Assembly: GCA_040772225.1 (NCBI GenBank)
Contig: JAXGYO010000004.1
Span: forward strand, 12,233 to 76,232
Origin: Anaerolineae bacterium
GTDB taxonomy: Bacteria; Chloroflexota; Anaerolineae; UBA1429
Reading direction: 5' to 3'
Length of the DNA stretch: 64,000 nucleotides
Below are positions 1 to 10,980 of the stretch, one piece after another (the first letter of the stretch is position 1; every line of letters starts with the position of its first letter). Below the pieces are notes generated by a model. It worked only from the letters and a program-made list of their open reading frames with translations. It was not told the DNA's origin and did not search any database. The translations under genes and the position numbers were made by a program.

Positions 1-170
1 CGTTCCGTACGCACGGCGGTGGCGGCGCCGGCCACGCCGAGAGCGATCTCGCGCAGCTCTGTCCCGACGCGATCGTCAAGCCAGGTCTGGCCGTGCGCGG
101 CAATGGGGACCCGGCGCTCGCAGCGCAGATCACCGCGTGGCTGGCCCGGATCGGCGTGGTCAAGGTATAG
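1..170 (+). CDS. Flavodoxin-like protein, C-terminal part (runs off window start)
   Basis: Manual translation from nt 3: FRTHGGGGAGHAESDLAQLCPDAIVKPGLAVRG...ITAWLARIGVVKV*, resembling the Flavodoxin_4 C-terminus (F-x-T-H-GG-x-G...L..LCP...GLA.RG...WL). Confidence 0.65.
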   Translation, partial: FRTHGGGGAGHAESDLAQLCPDAIVKPGLAVRGNGDPALAAQITAWLARIGVVKV

Positions 171-547
171 GGTTCCGCCTTTGCGCCGGGATGCGATCCC
201 GCCCAAGACCCCGAGGCGCCTCGTGAGGCAGCCTGGTTCTTTCGCACTCCCTGCGTCCTGCCTGCGCTGTCTGCCTGCCCCTCTCGCTCAGGTTCTGGGT
301 GCGGCGCCACACGCTCGGGCCCCAGCCGCCCCTCCCCAGGCTGGCGACTGGGGAGTCAGGATGTCAGGGCCTTTCATGGCACCGCGATCGGGTAATGGGG
401 CCTCCCGCAGCACCACAGGGCAATGCTTACGGCCGAACATGATAGAATAGAGACAGCCTGCGGAAGTCAGATCTGAACGCGCAGATCGCGCTGGACAACC
501 GCCACTCGCATGCAGGGCGTTTCCGTGGGCATACACTCCCCCAGGAG

Positions 548-1558
548 GTGAGCATGGACATGAGGCAGTGGATTACGGACAACATTCAGGCGCGGGTGAA
601 AAAGCCGCTCCCCATTCTGTCCTTTCCGGCGATCCAACTGCTGGGCATCACGGTCAGAGAGCTGATCTCCAGCAGCACCAGACAGGCGGAAGGGATGCGG
701 CTCGTTGCCGAACGCGTGGATGCCGCCGCTGCAGTCAGCATGATGGACCTCTCGGTTGAAGCCGAGGCCTTTGGCTCCACGATCAGGGTCTCCGACGATG
801 AGGTGCCCACAGTCTACGGCCGCATCGTGACCTCGACGGAGGACGCAGAGGCGCTCCCTGTGCCCGACGTCCACGCAGGACGCACGGGCCGGTACGTCCA
901 GGCCATCCATCTCGCCAAACAGCAGATCTCGGATCGCCCGGTGTTGGCGGGCATGATCGGGCCGTTCTCCCTGGCCGGGCGCCTGCAGGACCCCTCCGAG
1001 GCCATGATGGCCTGTTATGATCGACCCGAGATGGTGCATCTGGTGCTGGAAAAGGCGACGCAGTTCCTCGCCGCCTACGCGCTGGCCTATCGCGAGGCGG
1101 GCGCGGACGGTGTCGTGATGGCGGAGCCGCTGGCAGGCGTCCTGTCGCCCAGACTTGTCGACAGTTTCTCCTCTGCTTACATCAGGCGCATCGTGCGAGC
1201 GGTCCAGTCCGAGTCGTTCGGCGTTTTCTACCACAACTGCGGCAACAACGTGCCAAAGCTCGTGGACTCGATCAAGACCATCGGCGCTTATGGTTACCAC
1301 TTTGGCAACGCCATCGAATTGAAGCAGGTGCTGGAACGGATGCCCGAGGACGTACTGGTCATGGGCAATGTGGATCCGGCCACTCAGTTTCGCAATGGAA
1401 CCCCGGAATCCATCCGCGCGGTCACGCTGTCGCTGCTGGAAACCTGCACCGTTCACCGCAACTATGTCGTCTCATCGGGCTGCGACATTCCTCCGCTCTC
1501 ACCGTGGGAGAACATCGACGCCTTTTTCGCCGCGACCCGCGAGTTCTATGCTCGGTGA
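548..1558 (+). CDS. Uroporphyrinogen decarboxylase / MtaA-CmuA family methyltransferase
   Basis: DLSVEAEAFG, GPFSLA, HNCG Zn-binding motif and SSGCDIP; RBS AGGAGG just upstream. Confidence 0.85.
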   Translation: MSMDMRQWITDNIQARVKKPLPILSFPAIQLLGITVRELISSSTRQAEGMRLVAERVDAAAAVSMMDLSVEAEAFGSTIRVSDDEVPTVYGRIVTSTEDAEALPVPDVHAGRTGRYVQAIHLAKQQISDRPVLAGMIGPFSLAGRLQDPSEAMMACYDRPEMVHLVLEKATQFLAAYALAYREAGADGVVMAEPLAGVLSPRLVDSFSSAYIRRIVRAVQSESFGVFYHNCGNNVPKLVDSIKTIGAYGYHFGNAIELKQVLERMPEDVLVMGNVDPATQFRNGTPESIRAVTLSLLETCTVHRNYVVSSGCDIPPLSPWENIDAFFAATREFYAR

Positions 1559-1596
1559 CCGCAGGCCCACCGCTGGCGGAAGGGCCTGCCGGGCGT

Positions 1597-2280
1597 TTAT
1601 TGTGCGGCCGCCCCTGCGGGCGGCTCATCGCTGATCCACGTGTCATAGTTGGCAATATCGCGGTCGAGCACCAGCCTGCACAGCAGTACCCGCCACCAGG
1701 GGCCAGGATCGGCCAGCATCTTGTGACTGCCCTCCAGACGTTTGAGGACCGTCAGCAACGCGATTCCCCAGCAGGTGAGCACCACGACCTCCGGTTGGTG
1801 TCGGAATGCGGCAAAGAGCGGCAGCGTCAGGAAACCGACCAATCCCACCGCCGCCGCCGCCGGCGGCACGAGCCGCCCCGCGGCCAGATGCCCGAGCATC
1901 CAGATCACGCCGGGGGAGAACAGGTTCAGCAGAATGCCCAGCGCGGTCGCCACGCCACGGCCGCCGCGCAACCCGAGAAACAGCGACCAGTTGTGCCCCG
2001 CCATGGCTGCCAGACCAACAAGGCCGCAGACCAGGAGAGGCTGGCCCAGGCGGCGCGCCAGAAGCACGGGCAGCGCGGCCTTGGCCACGTCCAGAACACC
2101 CACCGCGATCATTCCGGCCACGCCGTAATAGTTATACACGTTGGATGCGCTAAGCTTGCCACTGCCCCGTGCGCGCAGGTCGATGGCATCCCGATGGCGG
2201 CCAAGCAAATAGGAATAAGAGACTGACCCCGAAAGGTAGCCCAGCAGCAAAAGCAGGCCGGGAAGCAACCAGTCAGGCAT
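1597..2280 (-). CDS. plsY: Glycerol-3-phosphate acyltransferase PlsY family
   Basis: GYLSGS, DLRARGSGKLSASN, DVAKA, GHNWS.F.GLRGGRGVAT motifs; ATG at 2280 overlaps the degV stop (TGATG). Confidence 0.85.
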   Translation of the reverse strand: MPDWLLPGLLLLLGYLSGSVSYSYLLGRHRDAIDLRARGSGKLSASNVYNYYGVAGMIAVGVLDVAKAALPVLLARRLGQPLLVCGLVGLAAMAGHNWSLFLGLRGGRGVATALGILLNLFSPGVIWMLGHLAAGRLVPPAAAAVGLVGFLTLPLFAAFRHQPEVVVLTCWGIALLTVLKRLEGSHKMLADPGPWWRVLLCRLVLDRDIANYDTWISDEPPAGAAAQ

Positions 2281-3137
2281 CAGGCATCCTCCGCCACGCT
2301 CCAGGCGATGCCCAGAAGCGCGGGCCCTGTGTGCGCCCCCATGACCGGCGTCAGGTGCGACATGACGAACTCGATACAATTGGGCATGGCACGCATCCGT
2401 TCGGCCAATGCCTCGCCATCCTCGGGCTGGTCGGCGTGAAAGACCGATGCGCGAAAGGGGCGCTCCCCGACAGCGCGCTGCACGGCCCGGACCATACAGT
2501 CCGCGGAGCGGGCGTGGTTGCGGGCGACGGCTACAGGCGCCACGGAGCCATTGGCTATCGTTACCACCGGCTCAACGTGCAGGCGCGAGTTCACCATGCG
2601 AGCCACGGACGTGCCGCGCCCCAGCCGAATCAGGTGCTCCAGCGTCTGGAACGCGCCCACCAGCCCCGACCGCCCCCGGCAAGCCTCGGCGGCTGCGGCA
2701 ACTTCCTCGAGCGTGCCGCCGCGCTGGGCCAGGCGCGCCGCCTCCAGCACGCAAAAGCCTTCGGCCATCGCGGCGCAGCGCGTGTCGACGATCCGCACGG
2801 GCACCGGCGCGACTTCGGCGGCGAGCGTGGCTACGGAGACGATGCTGGTGAGCATGCGCGAGGCGAACACGCCTACGATACCATCGGCGCGCGCCGCTGC
2901 CCGCGCATACGCTTCGGCAAAGGCGGCGGGCGTGGGAACCGACGTGGATGGCTTTGTATCCCGTTCCTTGAACAGACGGTAGAACGCCTGCGGAGTGATA
3001 TCCACCCCGTCGAGATAGGTCTCGCCATCCCACGCCAGCACCAGTGGCACCACCTCCAGATCATAGGCCTTGGCCAGGTCGGGCGGAATGCTGGCGATGC
3101 TATCGGTGACCACCGCGATGTGCCTTGAATCCGTCAT
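2280..3137 (-). CDS. DegV family fatty-acid binding protein
   Basis: IAVVTDS, YLDGVDI, PSTSVP, LEHLIRLGR and MGAHTGP motifs. Confidence 0.9.
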   Translation of the reverse strand: MTDSRHIAVVTDSIASIPPDLAKAYDLEVVPLVLAWDGETYLDGVDITPQAFYRLFKERDTKPSTSVPTPAAFAEAYARAAARADGIVGVFASRMLTSIVSVATLAAEVAPVPVRIVDTRCAAMAEGFCVLEAARLAQRGGTLEEVAAAAEACRGRSGLVGAFQTLEHLIRLGRGTSVARMVNSRLHVEPVVTIANGSVAPVAVARNHARSADCMVRAVQRAVGERPFRASVFHADQPEDGEALAERMRAMPNCIEFVMSHLTPVMGAHTGPALLGIAWSVAEDA

Positions 3138-3331
3138 CTACTCCCCCACTTTGCTTCTCGAGCTGACCGCGGAAACTATCGTGCGCTGCGGTGTTATGAT
3201 AGCCTGCAGCGCACGGTACGTCAACGGTGTCACAGGGCTTGAAGCCGATATTGCCACCGGAGCGATTTGGCGCCAGGCGCATCTCGCCCTGCCATCCCCC
3301 GGATACCGTCTGCAGAAAAAGAGTCACGATC

Positions 3332-4635
3332 TTGAAGCAAACAGATGCACGTCAGGGCAGTTGGATCAACCGGTTCCCGGTTTACTACGGCTGGGTGATC
3401 CTCGTGGCGGCATGGCGGTCCAGATTATGTCGAGCCCTGGCCAGACCTATACCACGTCGATCTTCATCGAGCGCTTTATCGCCGATTTGGGTCTCTCGCG
3501 CACCCTGGTGAGCACGCTGTACACGATCGGCGCCCTGTGCGGCGGCCTGGCCAAGGGGCTGGTGGGACGGCGTGTAGACCGGTACGGGGTTCGGACCATG
3601 GCGGCGATTACCGGCGTGCTGTTTGGCCTGGCCTGCCTGTACATGAGCTTTGTCAATGGCGCCTGGATGCTGGGCCTGGGTTTTGTGCTGATCCGGATGC
3701 TGGGCCAGGGCAGCCTGAGCCTCACCGCCAGTAACGCCATCAACCGCTGGTGGGTGCGCCGCCGCGGCACGATCATGGGTATCTCTGGCGTGGCTGTATC
3801 GCTGCTGGGCGTGGGCACCTTCCCCGGCCTGGTACACGCCCTGATCGGCACATACGACTGGCGCGTGGCCTACCGCATCCTCGCCGTTGCCGTGTGGGTC
3901 ATCGTGGTGCCGGTGACCGCACTGCTGCTTCGCAACGCACCCGAAGAGCATGGCCTGCTGCCGGATGGCGGGCTGGGCGAACGGCAGGCATCGCGGCAGT
4001 CCCGGGGCTGGGTGGAGGAACACTGGACGCTGAGCGAAGCACTCCACACCCGTGCCTTTTGGATCGTGGCCGCGGGCCTGGCCAGCATGTCGATGCTGGG
4101 CACCGGACTCACCTTTCACATGGTCAGCATCTTTGAGGATAGCGCCCTGCCTGCCTCGGTGGCCGCAGCGGCCTTTGTGCCCGTGGCGATGGCGGCGGCG
4201 GGCGTGCGCCTGGGCGGCGGATACCTCGTGGACCGGCTGGGGGCGCGCTGGATTCTCGCCACCGCCCTGGTGTTGCAGGCTGCCTCCCTGCTCATGGCCC
4301 CCTTTCTCACAACACAGGCGATCGCGCTCGCCTATGGCGTCGTACTGGGCGCCACGCAGGGACTACAGGCCGCGGTGGGCGGCGTGATCTGGCCGATGTA
4401 CTATGGCCGGCAGCATCTGGGCGCCATCACCGGCGTCAGCTCCATGATCCTGATCATCGCCTCGGCGCTCGGGCCGCTGCCCATGGGCATCGCCCGTGAC
4501 CTGCTGGGCGACTATCGGATGGCCCTCACCGTGGCTGCGGCACTGCCTTTGCTGCTGGCGGTGGCAGCCGCGACGCTGCGGCGGCCGGTGCGCAGCAGGA
4601 GTATTCGCCCGGCCAGCCAGCATCAAGGAGGATGA
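3332..4635 (+). CDS. MFS transporter with a 1-nt frameshift near 3410
   Basis: N-terminus MKQTDARQGSWINRFPVYYGWVILVA is in one frame and GMAVQIMSSPGQT... continues in another; about 12 hydrophobic segments and a GRRVDRYGVR motif A. Confidence 0.8.
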
Positions 4636-5186
4636 ACACGGGTTCCGCTCACTGCCGTCATCTCGTGTCAACTACGACAGTCCATCCATCTCGCTGGTGT
4701 CATGGCACAAGTGTCTCTATCTCGTGCCCGGCAGGTTACCAACGCGTCCGCATCATCTGGCCGTTAACGCCATGGGTTGACGCATGCCGGCGTATGGCTT
4801 GACATCGTACGAGTGGCCGAATAGGCTGTTACCGCGCTTTGCCTAAAGCGGCCGGCGCGATCTCATCAAGCAATAGACCGAGTCCAGCCGCCTGCTTGCC
4901 TCTAGCTCGGACGGCGATCGCCCAGGAAAAGTCATGATAACGCTATGTGACCACCCCGATGAGCACTGGCCCAGACTCACGATAATGGCCAGAGCCCCGG
5001 TAATCCTGCACAACCGAACTGGCTCGAGTGGTAGCTGGATCGCGATCGCCGGTGACAGGTACGGGTGCGCTGCGGAGTATCGAGGCGGCCGCCTGGGCGG
5101 CCGCCTGGCAGCCATTCTACGCCAGGGGGCGAGAACACTATTGAGCAGTGTCTCCATACCGGCCACAAAGCAGGTGCAATAGTCAC

Positions 5187-7748
5187 ATGGCCACGGCAGA
5201 GCCGCACACTGGTCTCGCTACCTCGCGCGCTTCACAGGCATTACTGGCTGGCCCGCTGATACACTGGCTGCCATCCGCTCTCCTGGTCCTGCTCGTCGTG
5301 GCACTGTACCATCCTGCGTTCCAGTTTGGTTTCTGGTACGATGATCCCGTACCCAACCTCTCCACTATCGAATCGCACACGGCCCTGGACCTTGTGCTGC
5401 CCGTGCAGTCATTCGGCTACTACAGGCCAGTGACTATGCTCACGCTCTGGGCACTGGTACGCGCGTTTGGCGGCTACAATGCTCTGTTCTGCCACGGTCT
5501 GTCGATCTTCTTACACGTAGCCAATGCGTTGCTTCTCGTCCGTGTACTGCAGCGCTACTCCTTCTCGCCGCTGCTAGCCTGGATCGCAGGGTTAGCCCTG
5601 GCCGTGATCCCGGTGGCCCCTCAGGCAGTGGCCTATTTTGCCGGCATCTTTCACCCCCTGGTACTCTTCTGGCTGCTGCTGGCACTCCTGGCGCAGCGCC
5701 GAGCCGCCGCAGATCACGCTACCGCCCCGGTTGTCGCGAGTACCGTTCTCCTCGCCCTCGCTGCCGGCACGCATGAGCTCGGTGTCGCCATCGCGCCGCT
5801 GGTGATCATCAGCCCCTGGGTGCTTGAAGCAGACAGCTTGGAACTCGGCCTGACGAGGCAGCGCGGCCACCCGAGCCGGCACCGCATCCCCTGGACCAGC
5901 CTGTGCCTGCCGATGGCGGGCCCGCTTCTGTACCTCGCCATTCTTGCCCTGGCCCCGGGAGAGGCAGGCGAGTTCCTCCTGCAGCCCGGAGTGCTCGAGC
6001 GAATCCGCATACTCTCGCAGCCGATCCTCTATCCGCTGCTACTGGTGGCCCGGCCGCTGACCACGAACCCATTGCCCATAGCCCTGGCCACCCTGCCTGG
6101 TCTGGCTGTCGCGGCCATTCTGCTACGACGTCGCCAGAACCTGCGACTTGGCCTGTGGGCGCTTGCCTGGTTCGCGCTGGCCGTGCTTCCAAGTGTGCTG
6201 CTGCTGGAAGTCGACTATGTGGCGCATGGCCCCCGACTCGGCTATGTGGCCGGTGCGGGCGCTGCGGTGGGCTGGGCGGCAACGATAGAGGCGCTTTGGC
6301 ACCGCGCGCGCCGTGGGCCCCTGGCGTCAAGAGCGCTCTGCGTGCTGGGGGCCGGCAGTCTGGGCGCAGCGCTCCTGCTGCTTCCCTTGCCCGCCGTGCG
6401 CCAGCATGTGGCCTTGCTTGGCCACACCTCCCGCCTGGTCACCAGAATGGCCGATGTTGCACAGGAGTCACCACCGGATCAGCCCCTATTCTGGGTCAAC
6501 TTGCCCTACTACTGGACACCAGCCGACGTCTATGGGTCAAGTTGGCGACCCTACCTTCCCTGGTATCGCTGGGCAGAGATCGTGATTCCTGACTACTCCA
6601 GCGCCCAGGCCGTGGCGCACGCGAACGGCGCCGACAACCAGCCTATGCATCAGGTCCGTTTTCCTGGCTACAACCCCACATGGGTCACCACTGGGGAAGA
6701 GGTTTCCGCGACACGGCTGCGCTCGCTGGCAGAGCAGGCACGCGTGTTCGTGCTCGACCTGCCCTCGGCCAGCTACTATGACCTCAGTGCGGCCTGGACA
6801 GCCGCAAAAGCGGGGGCAGACGCGCTGACAGGCCCGTCCTTTGTCGCGCCTCTACTCGCCCCGCCCGAGTACCCAACCGAATCCGAGCTCGCGGCCAAAC
6901 GACCTCTAGACTGCCGCTCAGCCGGAGGCCTTACGCTGACCGGCATCCTACCCTCGCCTATGGAGCTCGTGCCCGGTGAGAGCACAGAGTTGCTGCTCTT
7001 TTGGCAGCTCGACGCTTCCTCCAACAACATAGAGCCAGTGCTCGACATAGTGGTGCGCGATCGTACAGGCGCCAGGCTGTTTGAGGCGACGCGCCCCCTA
7101 GTGCACGGTTTGCCCCTCTACTTGTGGAGGCAGGAGCAAGCCTACGTCACACGCCTGCCAATCACCATTCCGCCTGGGGCCATCACGGGTGATGGCTCGC
7201 TGGAGGTTATCCTGCACGACACCCAGGGTGCCCGTTTAGCCCTGGAAGGATGTGGTTTGGCGACTGGCACCGCTGCCGTGCAGCTCTCCGTGCTGCTCGG
7301 CGCCAGCAGCCTCGCTAGCAGTCAAGATCTGGCTTCTATGCAAACCCGGGAGGTGACATTCGATGATCACCTTCGCCTGCTGGGGCATGCTGCCCTCTCT
7401 ACGTCGGCATCTGCTGGAGATGTACTGCCCCTGACCCTGTACTGGCGGACCGAGGCAACTCCCGACTGTGACTATACCGTGTTTCGGCAGGTGCTCGACG
7501 CCTCAGGAGCCGTCGTTGCGCAGCTCGACAGCCAGCCCAATAGCGGACTCTATCCCACCTCGACATGGTCGTCTGGAGTGGTGGTGCGTGACACAGCAAG
7601 ACTGGAACTGCCCGCACTGCTGCCTGCCGGGGAGTACCGCGTCGTCGTTGGTCTCTACGATCCTTCCACCCTGGAGCGGTTACGCGTGCTCGATCCATCC
7701 TCGCCCGATAACGCCGTCGAGATCGCAGCATTTACTGTCCGCGATTAG
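5187..7748 (+). CDS. Large membrane GT-C-like glycosyltransferase with C-terminal extracytoplasmic domains
   Basis: FWYDD and YYRPV motifs, multiple TM helices, C-terminal LTLYW...DYTVF..LD...YPTSTW...VGLYD domain. Confidence 0.65.
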   Translation: MATAEPHTGLATSRASQALLAGPLIHWLPSALLVLLVVALYHPAFQFGFWYDDPVPNLSTIESHTALDLVLPVQSFGYYRPVTMLTLWALVRAFGGYNALFCHGLSIFLHVANALLLVRVLQRYSFSPLLAWIAGLALAVIPVAPQAVAYFAGIFHPLVLFWLLLALLAQRRAAADHATAPVVASTVLLALAAGTHELGVAIAPLVIISPWVLEADSLELGLTRQRGHPSRHRIPWTSLCLPMAGPLLYLAILALAPGEAGEFLLQPGVLERIRILSQPILYPLLLVARPLTTNPLPIALATLPGLAVAAILLRRRQNLRLGLWALAWFALAVLPSVLLLEVDYVAHGPRLGYVAGAGAAVGWAATIEALWHRARRGPLASRALCVLGAGSLGAALLLLPLPAVRQHVALLGHTSRLVTRMADVAQESPPDQPLFWVNLPYYWTPADVYGSSWRPYLPWYRWAEIVIPDYSSAQAVAHANGADNQPMHQVRFPGYNPTWVTTGEEVSATRLRSLAEQARVFVLDLPSASYYDLSAAWTAAKAGADALTGPSFVAPLLAPPEYPTESELAAKRPLDCRSAGGLTLTGILPSPMELVPGESTELLLFWQLDASSNNIEPVLDIVVRDRTGARLFEATRPLVHGLPLYLWRQEQAYVTRLPITIPPGAITGDGSLEVILHDTQGARLALEGCGLATGTAAVQLSVLLGASSLASSQDLASMQTREVTFDDHLRLLGHAALSTSASAGDVLPLTLYWRTEATPDCDYTVFRQVLDASGAVVAQLDSQPNSGLYPTSTWSSGVVVRDTARLELPALLPAGEYRVVVGLYDPSTLERLRVLDPSSPDNAVEIAAFTVRD

Positions 7749-7868
7749 CCCGGTGCTCGCCAGCATAGCAGTTCGCAATCACGCTTGCGCGTTGATTGCA
7801 TCTCGAGTACACTGACAGCGCTGTCCGCAGTGGCGGTCCGCCGCCGCGATACTTACCGGGGGGTAAAC

Positions 7869-9752
7869 ATGGTACGATCCTTTCACAACAAGATCCTGCG
7901 CGTGAACCTGACCGACAGGACCATCAAGGTCGAAGAGCCGGGAGCGGTGTTCTTCCGGCGCAACATGGGCGGCTGGAATATCGTCGCCAATGTCCTGCTC
8001 AAAGAGGTGCCCGCGGGCGCCGACGCACTGGGCCCTGAGAACAAGATCATCTGGGCGCCCGGCGTGCTCACCGGCCTGGCCATCAGCGGCGCCAGCCGCA
8101 GCGCCGTGGGCGCGAAATCGCCCCTCACCGGCGGCTTTGGCGTCGGCGAGGCGGGCGGGTTCTTCCCCAACGAGTTCAAAAAGGCCGGTTTCGACGCCCT
8201 GATCGTCGAAGGCGTCGCGGACAAGCCCGTGTACCTCTGGATCAAGGACGGCGAGGTCGAGATTCGTGACGCCGCCGCCTACTGGGGCAAGACCACCAAG
8301 GAAACCCTGGAGGGCATCCGCGCCGAGCTGGGCGACCGCCGCATCCAGATGTCGCTGATCGGCCCCGGCGGCGAGAACATGGTCAAGTACGCCTGCATCA
8401 TGAACGAACTCAAGGACTCGCACGGGCGCACCGGCATGGGCGCCGTCATGGGCAGCAAGAACCTCAAGGCCGTGGCCGTGCGCGGCACCATGATGATCGA
8501 CGGCGCAGAACCCGAAGTCATCCGCGAGATGGCCCGCGACTTTGCCAAAGATGTCCGCGAGGGCGTCCGCAACAAGGGCATGTCCACCGAGGGCACCGGC
8601 GGCGGCGACCTCACCGGCGGCCTGCTGCAGGGCAACCTGCCCGTCAAGAATTTCCGTGACGGCGAGTGGGAAGACATCGACGATCTGAGCTTTATCGTCA
8701 AAAAGATCGGCATCAAGATGGAGGCCTGCGCCGCCTGCGCGGTGCACTGCAAAAAGGTCGTCAAGGCCGAAGGCGTGGACTCGGATTACGGCGGAGCAGA
8801 GTACGAGACGCTGGGCGCGCTGGGCTCCACCTGCGGCGTCGGCGACCTCACGTGGGTCTCGCGCGGCAACCAGGCCTGCAACGCCAACTCGCTGGACACC
8901 ATCGGGACCGGCGTGACCATCGCCATGGCCATGGAGGCCTTTGAGCGCGGCGACCTGACGCTGGAGGACACCGATGGCATCGACCTGCGCTTTGGCAACG
9001 GCGAAGCCATGGTCCAGATGATCGAAAAGATCGCCCACCGCGAGGGCCTGGGCGACATCCTGGCCGAGGACATGGCCACCGCGGCGCAAAAGATCGGTGG
9101 CGACGCCTGGACCTATGCGGTCCACACCAAGGGGCAGGCCTATCCCATGCACGAGCCCCGGCTCAAGCGCGGCCTGGCCATCGGCTATGCGGTCTCGCCC
9201 ACCGGCGCGGACCACTGCCACTCGCTGCATGACACCTGGATGCCCAACGCTGACGAGGAGGGCTTTATCCTGGGGCACGGCATGCGCGGCCTGGGCGTGC
9301 TGGAGCCAGTGGCGCTGGAAGATCTCGGCCCGGCCAAGGTCAAGGCCCTGATGCTCAACCAGATCGCCTCGGTGATCGGCAACTGCCTGACGCTGTGCAA
9401 CTTTCCCCAGTGGAGCATGGACGAGCAGGTCAAGATGCTCCGGGCCGCCACCGGCTGGCAGGACATCACCGTTTACGAGCTGATGAAAGTCGCCGAGCGG
9501 GCCATCAACCTGTCGCGGGTATTCAACATGCGCGAGGGCTGGACCGTGGAGGACGATCGCCTGGCGGAGCGCTCTTACACACCCACCATCGGCGGCGCGC
9601 TGGCCGACGGCGGCATCGACCGCGAGGAACTGCGCGAGGCCGTGCAGACCTACTATGGCATGATGGGCTGGGACTCGGAGACGGGCAAGCCCTCGCCGTG
9701 GAAGCTGGCCGAGCTGGACATCGCCTGGGCGGAGCAGTACCTGCCCAAGTAG
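7869..9752 (+). CDS. aor: Aldehyde:ferredoxin oxidoreductase (tungstopterin AOR family)
   Basis: KILRVNLT, KSPLTGG, IGPGGEN, GRTGMGAVMGSKNLKA, CAACAVHC, EYETL motifs; strongly biased codon usage. Confidence 0.92.
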   Translation: MVRSFHNKILRVNLTDRTIKVEEPGAVFFRRNMGGWNIVANVLLKEVPAGADALGPENKIIWAPGVLTGLAISGASRSAVGAKSPLTGGFGVGEAGGFFPNEFKKAGFDALIVEGVADKPVYLWIKDGEVEIRDAAAYWGKTTKETLEGIRAELGDRRIQMSLIGPGGENMVKYACIMNELKDSHGRTGMGAVMGSKNLKAVAVRGTMMIDGAEPEVIREMARDFAKDVREGVRNKGMSTEGTGGGDLTGGLLQGNLPVKNFRDGEWEDIDDLSFIVKKIGIKMEACAACAVHCKKVVKAEGVDSDYGGAEYETLGALGSTCGVGDLTWVSRGNQACNANSLDTIGTGVTIAMAMEAFERGDLTLEDTDGIDLRFGNGEAMVQMIEKIAHREGLGDILAEDMATAAQKIGGDAWTYAVHTKGQAYPMHEPRLKRGLAIGYAVSPTGADHCHSLHDTWMPNADEEGFILGHGMRGLGVLEPVALEDLGPAKVKALMLNQIASVIGNCLTLCNFPQWSMDEQVKMLRAATGWQDITVYELMKVAERAINLSRVFNMREGWTVEDDRLAERSYTPTIGGALADGGIDREELREAVQTYYGMMGWDSETGKPSPWKLAELDIAWAEQYLPK

Positions 9753-9774
9753 GCGTCACGGGGGCGCGCTATAG

Positions 9775-9810
9775 GGAGAGGGGTGGACCGCACGCCCCTC
9801 TCCTTTTGTT
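9775..9810 (+). terminator. Intrinsic terminator after aor
   Basis: GGAGAGGGG-loop-CCCCTCTCC stem followed by TTTTGTT. Confidence 0.65.
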
Positions 9811-9900
9811 GACCATAGACCGTGGACGATGGACCATAGACCATAGACCGTGGACGATGGACGATGGACCATAGACCATGGACCGCGGACGGCGGACGAT
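9809..9900. repeat. Degenerate 7-bp tandem repeat (GACCATA/GACGATG/GACCGTG)
   Basis: About 13 consecutive heptamers are directly visible. Confidence 0.85.
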
Positions 9901-9907
9901 GAGCTTC

Positions 9908-10470
9908 GGAGCGCTGGCTTCAGCCTGCTCCCTTCCCCCGTTGTGGCGTGCGGATTTCTCGGGGCGCGGGCCGCCTGGCCCGCCCTCCGCCCGCCGGAGC
10001 GCCGCTTTTCCTGGACCGCCGACATTAGCGATGTACCCATCGCCGTCGGCCCACCGTACCGCCGACACTCCTGTCGGCCCACCGGCCCGCCGACACTCCT
10101 GTCGACCCCGGCCCGCCGACATTAGCGATGTACCCATCGCCGTCGGCCCCGGCCCGCCGACATTAGCGATGTACCCATCGCCGTCGGCCCCGGCCCGCCG
10201 ACATTAGCGATGTACCCATCGCCGTCGGCCCCGGACCGCCGACATTAGCGATGTACCCATCGCCGTCGGCCCACCGGACCGCCGCTTTTCCTGGACCGCC
10301 GACATTCTTGTCGGCTCCGGACCGCCGACATTAGCGATGTACCCATCGCCGTCGGCCCCGGACCTTCTGAGAAACGTTTCACCAGCCACCCCACCGCTAC
10401 ACAGCCCCCATTTCGCACGCTTCACTGCCGCTCGTAGCTCTGCCCCAGAGCCGACAGGAATGTCGGCGGT
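9908..10470. repeat. REP cluster (GGACCGCCGAC...GTCGGC family, including nested-hairpin variant)
   Basis: About 6 copies of GCCGACATTAGCGATGTACCCATCGCCGTCGGC, simple GCCGACA(C/T)TC(C/T)TGTCGGC copies and one inverted copy near 10450. Confidence 0.85.
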
Positions 10471-10569
10471 CCATCATGTAGCCCTGGCCCGGGCGCGTAC
10501 GGCCCACCTCGCTCCTTACATCTCCTCGCCGTGCACACTGAGCATCCCAGCGACCTCCCCGTCCCGCGT

Positions 10570-10715
10570 AATAGGCAGCGCAAATCGGACCATACTCGGG
10601 TCCGACAACGCCACCCTCCTTGTCGATCACCGGCTCCATGGGGCCGGCGCCCGTGTCCTGCTCCACGGCGATGGCATAATAGTTGTGCTCAAACTCCATG
10701 ACCTCCGCGCCATCG
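10570..10715 (-). pseudogene. Internal fragment of an uncharacterised protein gene lying between repeat arrays
   Basis: Protein-like stretch AEVMEFEHNYYAIAVEQDTGAGPMEPVIDKEGGVVGPEYGP with no plausible start; bounded by repeats. Confidence 0.45.
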
Positions 10716-10938
10716 AGTCGCCTCACAGGTTGATGCGGGCCTGGCGGCCCGCGCCCCATCGAGTCGCTTCACATCCCGATGCGGGCCAGGCGGCCCGCGC
10801 CCCGTCGAGTCGCCTCACAGGTTGATGCGGGCCAGGCGGCCCGCGCCCCGTCGAGTCGCCTCACATCCCGATGCGGGCCAGGCGGCCCGCGCGCCGTCGA
10901 GTCGCTTACAGGTTGATGCGGGCCAGGCGGCCTGCGTC
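10713..10938. repeat. 46-bp tandem repeat x5 containing a GCGGGCC-AGGC-GGCCCGC hairpin
   Basis: TCGAGTCGC(C/T)TCACA(GGTT/TCCC)GATGCGGGCCAGGCGGCCCGCGCCCCG with alternating variants. Confidence 0.85.
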
Positions 10939-10980
10939 CAAAAGTCCTATCCTGTCCATCCTGTCTATCGATGCTAATGT

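Noticed and set aside
4636-5150. Structured RNA or small gene in the long intergenic region
   Set aside because: No recognisable motif, stable conserved structure or convincing ORF by eye
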